From contig CAWCNS010000004.1 of assembly GCA_963796965.1 (NCBI GenBank), positions 928,001 to 992,000 on the forward strand: DNA of 64,000 nucleotides, given 5' to 3'. Below the pieces are notes generated by a model. It saw only the letters and a list, made by a program, of their open reading frames with translations, searched no databases and was not told the origin of the DNA. Source of the DNA: Calditrichia bacterium. Lineage in GTDB: Bacteria; Calditrichota; Calditrichia; JAJRVZ01. Shown piece by piece: positions 55,666 through 64,000 of this stretch (position 1 is its first letter; each line of letters opens with the position of its first letter). The position numbers and the translations under genes were made by a program.

Positions 55666-56968
55666 ATGCTGAATATAATTAATGTCATACCAGGTAGTAT
55701 TGCTGATGAAATTGGCATCCGGCCTGAAGATAAGCTTATAAAAGTTAATGGTCGATCTGTCGGTGATCAGATCGATTTTAGATTTTTTTGTGCTGAAGAA
55801 AATGTTGACCTCCTGATTCAACGGGGGACTGAACAATACCATTATGAAATTGAAAAAGAGTATCACGAAGATATTGGTATTGATCTGGATGCAATGAAAA
55901 TGAAAGCCTGCGGCAATAATTGTGTTTTCTGTTTTGTCTATCAGAACCCAAGAGGTATGCGCAGAGCCCTCTATTTTAAGGATGAGGATTATCGCTTCTC
56001 ATTCCTTTACGGACATTATGTTACCCTTACCACCCTGAAAAAAGAGGAATTGGAGCGAATAGTTGAACAAAAACTATCCCCCCTCTTCATATCCGTACAC
56101 GCTACAGAAGAAAAAACTAGAAAACTCTTATTGGGAATAAAACGCGAAGATCACCTCCTGGAAAAGATTGACTTTTTAGTCGCGGGTGGAATTGAATTAC
56201 ACGCTCAAATTGTATTATGTCCGGGGATCAATGATGGTAAAATATTCGATCAAACCGTTAATGATCTTAAAAAGTTTTACCCTGGGGTAAAATCGATTGC
56301 GATTGTTCCTGTGGGTTTGACCCGACATCGTGATAATCTGTTTTCTTTGCGTTTGCATAGTAAATTTGAATTGAGAGAGATGATTATCTACACGAATAAG
56401 TTTCGGAATAAATTGAAAAAAGAACTTGGTAATTCCTATATATATTTATCTGATGAATTCTATATAAAAGCAGAAGAGAATATACCAGATGCGGATTATT
56501 ATGATGATTTTTATCAGATAGAAAATGGTGTAGGCGAATTCCGGCACATGATCGATGAATTTAATGCTGAATCAAAATCTTTACCGGAAAAAATAGATCA
56601 TCACTATAAAATTACCTGGGTAACTGGGACTCTTAGCAGCGGAGATGCTTGATAAATATATCCTAACAAAATTGCGATCGATCGAAAACCTTGAAATAAA
56701 TATGGTCCCGGTTAAAAATGACTTCTACGGACATGATATTCGGGTTTCCGGTCTCCTGGTTGGTGAGGATATTTATAATCAATTAAAAAACAGGGATTTA
56801 GGGGATTGCGTCTTTTTACCACCAAGAGTTCTTAATCATGACAACCTGTTATTAGATGATTGGTCGGTTGATCGGTTGCAGGAGGCTCTTGGTGCTCCGG
56901 TTTATGTCTATAAGGAAACTCCGGCAGAATTAGGCGATGTGATTGAAAAACTAAGGAAATCGATATGA
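55666..56968 (+). CDS. DUF512 / PDZ + radical-SAM-like Fe-S protein (frameshift near 56640)
   Basis: N-terminal PDZ, CGNNCVFCF, KDEDYRFSF, QIENGVG, VSGLLVGED. Confidence 0.85.
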
Positions 56969-58275
56969 GTATACCGGTGGTGACAATCGTCGGAAGACCC
57001 AATGTGGGTAAATCTACATTGTTTAATCGCCTCGTCGGACGTCGGCAGGCAATTGTTGATGACATTCCGGGTGTAACACGTGATCGTAATTTTGGTGAAG
57101 CGGAATGGTGTGGTCAGGCTTTTCTTCTGGTCGATACGGGTGGATATTTACCCAAATCTGAAGATGTTATCGATAAAGCAGTGCGTGAGCAAGTTGAAAT
57201 TGCTATCGATGAGTCGGATGTCATTGTCTTTTTGGTTGATGCAAAAACGGGAATTACGACAACTGATTCTGATCTTGCCAAAATCTTGCAAACCTCTGAT
57301 CGCGATGTCATTTGTGCTGTGAACAAAGTTGATGACGTGAAAGATGAATTAGAAGTAGGGCAGTTTTACAAGCTGGGATTAGGAGAACCGGTTCCTCTAT
57401 CGGCAATGATTGGTAGGCAAACGGGTGATTTTCTTGATATTGTTATAGCAAAATTAGCCAATAGTCCGGTTGTCGAAAATGAAGACAATGCCATCAAATT
57501 AGCGATAATTGGTAAGGAAAATGTTGGTAAGTCATCGCTTGTAAATACAATCTTAAATCAGGAACGACAAATCGTAACAGCAGTACCGGGCACCACCCGG
57601 GATTCAATAGATGCTCCTTTCCGCTATCAAAAGAGAGATTATTTGATTATCGATACAGCTGGTCTCAAAAGAAAGAGCAAAATTAAAGAGAATATTTTAT
57701 TTTACAGTAATTTAAGAACTTACAGAAGCATAAAACGATGTGATATTGTAATGTACATGATCGATGCCGAAAAAGGGGTTACCAAACAAGATGTTCAGGT
57801 ACTAGTGGATGCAGCAAAGGAACGAAAGGGGATTGTCTGTGTAATTAATAAATGGGATCTCGTAGAAAAAGATCATCGGACGATGAAAAATATTGAAAAA
57901 GATATCCTCGAAAAATTTGGTGATTTACGTTATATCCCTCTGATATTCACTTCTGTGATGGAAAAACAACGATTGTTTAAGGCTCTGGATTTAGCAACAA
58001 AAGTGTACGAACAAAAAATGAAACGTATTTCTACCTCAGATTTGAACAATTTCTTTGAGCCGATCCTCGCCAAAACAACACCACCGGCTACCAAAGGTAA
58101 AGAGATCAAGATAAAATATATTACTCAGGTAAAATCAAATCCCCCTGTAATTGTCTTCTATTGCAATCATCCTGATCTGATTGTGGCCCACTATAAACGA
58201 TTTTTGGAAAATCGTTTGCGTGAAAATTTTGGATTTATGGGTGTACCTTTAACACTATCTTTTAGGGATAAATAA
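56965..58275 (+). CDS. der: Ribosome biogenesis GTPase Der
   Basis: Two G-domains (GRPNVGKS and GKENVGKS), PGVTRD/PGTTRD, KH-like tail. Confidence 0.97.
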   Translation: MSIPVVTIVGRPNVGKSTLFNRLVGRRQAIVDDIPGVTRDRNFGEAEWCGQAFLLVDTGGYLPKSEDVIDKAVREQVEIAIDESDVIVFLVDAKTGITTTDSDLAKILQTSDRDVICAVNKVDDVKDELEVGQFYKLGLGEPVPLSAMIGRQTGDFLDIVIAKLANSPVVENEDNAIKLAIIGKENVGKSSLVNTILNQERQIVTAVPGTTRDSIDAPFRYQKRDYLIIDTAGLKRKSKIKENILFYSNLRTYRSIKRCDIVMYMIDAEKGVTKQDVQVLVDAAKERKGIVCVINKWDLVEKDHRTMKNIEKDILEKFGDLRYIPLIFTSVMEKQRLFKALDLATKVYEQKMKRISTSDLNNFFEPILAKTTPPATKGKEIKIKYITQVKSNPPVIVFYCNHPDLIVAHYKRFLENRLRENFGFMGVPLTLSFRDK

Positions 58276-59888
58276 TGAAGCCATACTTATTTATATTGCT
58301 CCTCACCATGGTGGTATTTGGTCAACAATCCCAGGATGAAAATGTGTTGGAAAATTTTATCAGATCTGAAATCGGTTATTCACAAGATTCTATTGGGTAT
58401 AAATGTGGTACTTCCCTTGATATAATGATCCATGCCCCCCATAGTAATGTGAATCCTGGCTTAAAGCAAAATTATTTACTAAAGGTGATGAAAGAACCGC
58501 TAAGAAATAAATCAATACTCTCTCCCTCAGGAAATTTTAATCTGCACTGGGATGAATCAGGGAGCAATGCGGTTCCACTTGAGGATCTAAGTGGGAACGG
58601 AATACCAGATTATATTGATTCTGCCGCAGTAATATTTGATAAAGTTCGTCATATTGCAGTCAATCAAATGGGTTATCAGCCTCCTCCTGCATCCGATGGT
58701 ACGCCGGCAATACCCTATCATATTTACTTTACGCAACTGGCCTATTACGGTATAACCAGGCCCAATTATAGTGATATTGAATCCCTGCCAGGGGAAAACT
58801 ATACAAGCTATATCGAAGTCGAGAATGATTATTTAGGATTTCCCACGGATGGCTTAGATGGTTTGCGGGTTACGGCTGCTCATGAATTTCATCATGCCAT
58901 TCAATTGGGCTATAATGTAAGATGGGATGATTCTTATTTTTATGAAATGACCTCTACCTGGATGGAAGAAGTCATTTATCCTGATATCAATGACTACCTA
59001 AATTATTTGGATGATTTTTTTAATAGTGTATCAAACACGTCCTTCGATCAATATAGTGGTTTTTATCCCTATGCAAACAGCCTTTATTTACAAATGCTTC
59101 AATCAAACTATGATATTGAAATCGTAAGATTGATTTGGGATAATATTAAATCGGAGATGCCCTTAACAGCGATAGCTAATGCTTTAGAAACCTATGATAG
59201 TTCTTGGCCCTCTTCCCTTGGGGAATATGGTCTTTGGTTATATTATACCGGGGATAGGGCGATTCCCGATCAATTTTATCATGATGCCTCATTTTTTCCC
59301 CAGGTGAGGATAAAAGCAGTGGATAGATATACATTTGATGATCAATTTAGCGAGATAATTGTTACTGCTCTAACCGCAAATCGGTTTTTAATGTTTTCAG
59401 ATCTGAATTATTATAATTTCAACTTTAGAGTAGAAACAACTTCTGCCGCAAAAGGCGGATTTCGTCATCTTACATCTACTGCCTATTCCCCTTGGTATCC
59501 CCTCAATACTCTGATTACAAATCAGCAGATTGATGCTGATAATATGCTTGTGATTCTCACAAATGCAGGCATTGAGAATTTGAATACTTCCTTAAAAATT
59601 ACAATTGGGGATGATCAAGATCTTTCTGCCATCTATTCTTATCCTAATCCCGTGAATTTAAAACAGTCTGGTATCGTAAAATTCCAAAATATCCCCCCTG
59701 AGGCTGATTTGATTATTTTTAATACACTCGGGGAGCGTGTTGCTGTTGTTGAAAGTACAAACAGCTCTACACTTCGATCCTGGCCATTAGCCAATTTTAA
59801 TGGAGAAAAAGTAGTCTCCGGTGTTTATATGTATATCGTGAAGGGGGATGGTATTACAAAAACAGGAAAATTTTCGGTAGTACGATGA
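58275..59888 (+). CDS. Secreted zinc metalloprotease (MXAN_6640-like) with T9SS-like C-terminal domain
   Basis: KCGT, NGIPDY, AAHEFHHAIQ, YEMTSTWMEE; YPNP...SGVYMY...KFSVVR. Confidence 0.75.
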   Translation: MKPYLFILLLTMVVFGQQSQDENVLENFIRSEIGYSQDSIGYKCGTSLDIMIHAPHSNVNPGLKQNYLLKVMKEPLRNKSILSPSGNFNLHWDESGSNAVPLEDLSGNGIPDYIDSAAVIFDKVRHIAVNQMGYQPPPASDGTPAIPYHIYFTQLAYYGITRPNYSDIESLPGENYTSYIEVENDYLGFPTDGLDGLRVTAAHEFHHAIQLGYNVRWDDSYFYEMTSTWMEEVIYPDINDYLNYLDDFFNSVSNTSFDQYSGFYPYANSLYLQMLQSNYDIEIVRLIWDNIKSEMPLTAIANALETYDSSWPSSLGEYGLWLYYTGDRAIPDQFYHDASFFPQVRIKAVDRYTFDDQFSEIIVTALTANRFLMFSDLNYYNFNFRVETTSAAKGGFRHLTSTAYSPWYPLNTLITNQQIDADNMLVILTNAGIENLNTSLKITIGDDQDLSAIYSYPNPVNLKQSGIVKFQNIPPEADLIIFNTLGERVAVVESTNSSTLRSWPLANFNGEKVVSGVYMYIVKGDGITKTGKFSVVR

Positions 59889-59993
59889 ACGGGGATTATC
59901 TTTTATTAAACCGAATGTTCAGGCTCTGGACTTTATGGCCGATAATAGAAGCACAAAATTTTATAATTTCATAACCAAGAATTCATTTTATCT

Positions 59994-62144
59994 ATGATTA
60001 GCAGATCTAAAAATACATACTTATTGATTTTTGTGCTTGCAGGCAGTTTTTTTAAAATTGCCCAGGGAAATAACTTGCTTCACCAGGCGGACAGTTTATA
60101 CATCCAGCAAAATTATCATGAAGCCCTGGATCGTTACCAACAAGTCTTGAGTAAGGATCAATTTCTTAATCAGGATTTTACGATCAATTTTAAAATGGGT
60201 ATATGCTATTTAAGAAACAAATCATACGCACGAGCAAAGACTGTCTTCTCACGTTTAAAACAGTATACCCACACTATCCCCGAGTATATTGATTTCTACT
60301 TATTCCTTTCCAGTCTGGATAGCGAAAAACCGGGTGAAGTAATTGAAAAAGGGCGTCAATATATCAAGACCTATCCCAAACATTTTTTCGCTGATTCGGT
60401 TTTATTAAGAGTAGCAGATTTTGAATTTGAGCAGGAACGATACGATAAGGCATATCGGGATTATGCACGTCTGGCTGGTAAAAAGAAGATGAAAAGGATA
60501 AAACCTTATTTGCTCGGACAAATGGCATTTTGTAGTGATAGCATGAATCAGGAAACAAAAGCATTAGAAGCGATGTACCAGGTGATGAAAAAATATCCCT
60601 CGGATCCAATGGCCTTAAAAATTGCTGATATGTTTTTAACGATTCCCTTACCATCGGTCAAGTATGAGTTTGCTATAGGGGATGTATATCTGAGCCATAA
60701 TCAATATAAAAAACTCACAGAAAGATTGGAATCATTTATAAAAAAAAGCAGTGATCCGATAGAGAAAGAAAAAGCCAGATATTATTTAATCAGGATCTAT
60801 TATAATAAGGGTCAATACAAGACCGCGTTGTATGGCTTTAAGAATCTTTTACCTGGTTTGAGGGATAAGTCACTAGAATCGCGTATTCGTCTGTCCATTG
60901 CACGCAGTTATCTTCGTCTTGATCAAAAAGAGGAATCTGTAGAAGCCTATATGGATTATGCCAAACGATATCCGCGAAGACGAATGGCAGTAGAATGTGT
61001 CTGGAAAGCAAACTGGATTCATGAAGAACTCGGTGACATTTCTGCAGCAATAGAAGCAAACGAATATTTGCTTAAACATTGGCCACGCAGTGCCTATCGC
61101 AAAGAAGCAAAATTCCGTGTTGGTTTGTTAAATCTACGTCTTCATAAGTATACGAAGGCGGAAAATGTATTTCGCTCCGTACGCAATATTAGTAAGAAAT
61201 CGGACTTTCACCATATCAGAAGCACCTATTGGTTGGCAAAAACCTATGAAATGAGCGGTAGGGAAGATGTAGCCCGTGAGTTATTTATTGATTTGGGTAC
61301 AGAGTTATTCGAGAGCTATTATACAATGAAAAGTTATATGAGATTTAAGACGACCATCGATACTATGTTACAAATTGAGAATCGGTTGCGTGTTCAATAT
61401 AATCCACTGCGATTTCATACGAATCTAATGGCAACTTTGATGGAAAGATTTGAAGAATTATTTCTCATTAAGGATCTTCTCGGTGATGATTTTGCCATGT
61501 TGGAGTTAGCCCAAAATAAGTATTATCCAAAGACTTTAAAGGGATGGATTTCGGTAGCAGAAGTCTATAAAAGGTTGGGTGCATATAATGAAGCTTTCAG
61601 GATATATGATTATATCGATAAAAAATATTATACTGATCTTACTAATCTTGAAAAACCATTTCTTCTTAAAGAGTCTTACCCACTTTATTACAATTCAATT
61701 GTAGGTGAATATGGTAGGCGACGCGATATTGACAAGAATCTTGTTTTAGCCCTGATCCGGGCTGAGAGCAGTTTTAATCGCCGTGCACATTCCTGGGCTG
61801 ATGCATATGGATTGATGCAAATCATTCCCCGCACAGCAAAATCACTTGCAGCAAAATTGGATATGACCTATAGTGAACCAGAGGAGTTGTTTGATCCAAG
61901 ACTAAATATCCGATTAGGAACCCTATATCTTCGCGATCTACTTAAACAATTCGATGGCACTTTTGAAAACGCAGTAGCCGCTTATAATGCCGGCCCCCAT
62001 CGGGTGAGTCGTTGGAAAAAATTTAAAGATTCTTCGGATATTGATTTTTTTGTTGAGAATATTGAATATACCCAAACACGAAATTACACCCGACGTGTCA
62101 TGAAAAATTACTGGATTTACAATATGCTTGATGGTGTAAACTAA
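59994..62144 (+). CDS. Soluble lytic transglycosylase with TPR superhelix (Slt-like)
   Basis: IRAESSF, AYGLMQI, AYNAGP, TRNY. Confidence 0.88.
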   Translation: MISRSKNTYLLIFVLAGSFFKIAQGNNLLHQADSLYIQQNYHEALDRYQQVLSKDQFLNQDFTINFKMGICYLRNKSYARAKTVFSRLKQYTHTIPEYIDFYLFLSSLDSEKPGEVIEKGRQYIKTYPKHFFADSVLLRVADFEFEQERYDKAYRDYARLAGKKKMKRIKPYLLGQMAFCSDSMNQETKALEAMYQVMKKYPSDPMALKIADMFLTIPLPSVKYEFAIGDVYLSHNQYKKLTERLESFIKKSSDPIEKEKARYYLIRIYYNKGQYKTALYGFKNLLPGLRDKSLESRIRLSIARSYLRLDQKEESVEAYMDYAKRYPRRRMAVECVWKANWIHEELGDISAAIEANEYLLKHWPRSAYRKEAKFRVGLLNLRLHKYTKAENVFRSVRNISKKSDFHHIRSTYWLAKTYEMSGREDVARELFIDLGTELFESYYTMKSYMRFKTTIDTMLQIENRLRVQYNPLRFHTNLMATLMERFEELFLIKDLLGDDFAMLELAQNKYYPKTLKGWISVAEVYKRLGAYNEAFRIYDYIDKKYYTDLTNLEKPFLLKESYPLYYNSIVGEYGRRRDIDKNLVLALIRAESSFNRRAHSWADAYGLMQIIPRTAKSLAAKLDMTYSEPEELFDPRLNIRLGTLYLRDLLKQFDGTFENAVAAYNAGPHRVSRWKKFKDSSDIDFFVENIEYTQTRNYTRRVMKNYWIYNMLDGVN

Positions 62145-62490
62145 ACCTGCTCCTTTAAGAGTAGGGGGCTGGGATGTTTTTTTATACTGTTAATCAACTT
62201 AATTTTACCGGATGATAAATAGTAACAATATTTAACGATCAGATACAAAATCCAAGCATTAAAAATATTATATTTATTGGCTTTTGCTTAAATTTGCGTA
62301 TGTCTTCTGTTTTTTAAATGTAAGTTCTTGTAAGTGGAATAATTACAACATCTTAGTGTGCTTAATTGGAACTTCTGTCAAGAATTTTGATAATTAATTA
62401 TAAATTCAAGTTGAAAATTATTGCATATTTCGGAATGTTTGGTGAAAATAAAGCTTTTAATAAAAGTATTAAATAATTACTTTTATTTTA

Positions 62491-62520
62491 TTGACATGAG
62501 TTTTATTTTTTTCCTATCTT
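62491..62520 (+). promoter_or_regulatory. Putative sigma70 promoter
   Basis: TTGACA-18 bp (contains a homopolymer)-TATCTT. Confidence 0.5.
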
Positions 62521-62574
62521 AGAAGTCAAATATTGGCAGAAAGTAAGAAAACATAAAAATCTATGGAGGAATAA

Positions 62575-62916
62575 ATGAAAATTAAAGAAAAAATTGATAA
62601 TCAGGTTGCAATATTGGCACTCAGTGGAAAAATGATGGGTGGACCAGAAACGACGGCATTGCATGATCACATCCGCGGTCTTATGGGTGATGGCATAAAT
62701 AAGGTTGTTATTGATCTTCATGGTGTTAAATGGATCAATAGCTCCGGATTAGGGGTTTTAATGGCTGCAATGACAACATTAAAAAATGCTGACGGACAAA
62801 TGAAATTGGCTAATGTTACAGAAAAGGTTGAGAGCCTTCTTATGATTACGCAATTAATGAGAATTTTTGAAACCTACGAATCAGTTGACAGAGCTGTTTC
62901 TTCATTGACGGAATAA
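62575..62916 (+). CDS. STAS-domain anti-sigma factor antagonist
   Basis: VVIDLHGVKWINSSGLGVL. Confidence 0.9.
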   Translation: MKIKEKIDNQVAILALSGKMMGGPETTALHDHIRGLMGDGINKVVIDLHGVKWINSSGLGVLMAAMTTLKNADGQMKLANVTEKVESLLMITQLMRIFETYESVDRAVSSLTE

Positions 62917-62928
62917 TTATAGATCTTC

Positions 62929-63609
62929 ATGGAAACCAGATCGTCTCACTCCTGGCAGATTTCTCTGGAGGAGGCCAAAGATCTTCAAATAAATCTTGCT
63001 AATAAAATAAAAAGACGCAAATTACCGTCTAACATAAAAAATGTAGCCGGTTTTGACGTTTCCTACCTGAAAGAGGAAAATGTTCTAATCGCTGGGATGG
63101 TCATCGTGGACTATCCCTCGCTAGAATTTAAAGACAAATTTCTTATTACAGATAAGATTCAATTTCCTTACATCCCCGGCTTTTTGAGTTTCAGAGAAGC
63201 ACCCGTTTTATTAAAATTGATTGAAAAATATTCTCATCAGGCCGATCTATTTATTTTTGATGGACATGGAGTGGCCCATCCCCGTGGTCTGGGTATTGCA
63301 TCTCATATTGGTGTATTGACCGGAAAACCAAGTATTGGGTGTGCTAAAAAAAGGTTAGTGGGCAGCTTTGACCTGCCAGGAGCTGGTAAAGGAGCACAGA
63401 GCGACCTAATTTATAAGGATCAAACTGTTGGAACTGTCCTACGGACGAGGATTAATGTAAAACCTGTTTTTGTTTCAGTGGGACATAATGTATATTTAGA
63501 GCAGGCAACGTCAATTATTCTAAATTGCACAACACGATATAGATTACCTGAACCTACCAGGTTGGCGCATAATAGTGTCACTGAATACCGTAAAAGAATT
63601 ATAAAGTAA
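62929..63609 (+). CDS. nfi: Endonuclease V
   Basis: AGFDVSY, FPYIPGFLSFRE, DGHGVAHPRGLG, YRLPEPTRLAH. Confidence 0.95.
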   Translation: METRSSHSWQISLEEAKDLQINLANKIKRRKLPSNIKNVAGFDVSYLKEENVLIAGMVIVDYPSLEFKDKFLITDKIQFPYIPGFLSFREAPVLLKLIEKYSHQADLFIFDGHGVAHPRGLGIASHIGVLTGKPSIGCAKKRLVGSFDLPGAGKGAQSDLIYKDQTVGTVLRTRINVKPVFVSVGHNVYLEQATSIILNCTTRYRLPEPTRLAHNSVTEYRKRIIK

Positions 63610-63635
63610 AAGTAAACTTTATATCAGGAGAATAC

Positions 63636-64000
63636 GTGACAAATACCACAAAGTCTGAATCTGGGCAAATAACTGAGTTAAAAAAACAGTTAGAACGCAA
63701 AGTTAACGAAATGCACTCCATGCAACAGATCGGGAAAACACTGAGTTCTGTTCTGGATAGAGACCGTTTACTCGTCCTGATCATGGATGAGGTGACAAGG
63801 CTGATGGACGCAGAGCGGGGAACATTGTATATCGTTGATACTGAAAAGGGTGAACTCTGGTCTAAAATTGCGCAAAAGGCAGAGATAAAGGAAATCAGAT
63901 TAAAAATTGGTACTGGTATAGCCGGACATGTGGCAGAAACAGGAAATGTTATAAATATAAAAGATGCTTATAAAGATGAGCGATTCGACCCGACAACCGA
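63636..64000 (+). CDS. GAF-domain signalling protein (3'-partial; not in the ORF track)
   Basis: SD AGGAG, GTG start, open to the window end: AERGTLYIVD..KGELWSK...GIAGHVAETG..INIKDAYKDERF. Confidence 0.85.
   Translation, partial: MTNTTKSESGQITELKKQLERKVNEMHSMQQIGKTLSSVLDRDRLLVLIMDEVTRLMDAERGTLYIVDTEKGELWSKIAQKAEIKEIRLKIGTGIAGHVAETGNVINIKDAYKDERFDPTT

Overview
Chromosomal window from a low-GC diderm bacterium, most likely Calditrichota or a related FCB-adjacent lineage (inferred from PorV-family barrels, T9SS/FlgD-type C-terminal domains, a large TonB-dependent receptor and rpsF-rpsR without ssb). About 50 CDS and 2 tRNAs are present, and every credible gene is on the + strand. Housekeeping blocks: ispE-tRNA-Gln-rplY-pth-hppA-rpsF-rpsR-rplI-priA, exbB-exbD-exbD-tonB, DUF512-der and nfi. 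Accessory blocks: a conservon-like MglA/MglB signalling operon with extra roadblock proteins and an output-less HAMP receptor (15.0-19.0 kb); a TonB receptor/CTD protein/PorV/lipoprotein operon (35.6-44.9 kb); and an LPP20/FlgT/CsgG/FecR/TPR-SLH envelope operon behind a sigma28-like promoter (49.4-55.1 kb). Intergenic DNA is full of small repeat elements: four copies of an element with a shared TTGAC-N12/14-GACACAA core followed by a locus-specific 7-bp tandem array, a 480-bp tandem amplification of REP-like palindromes, and two IS200-TnpA deletion derivatives. About 14 frameshifts, several in housekeeping genes, are most likely long-read indel errors. All family assignments come from motif reading, not database searches.
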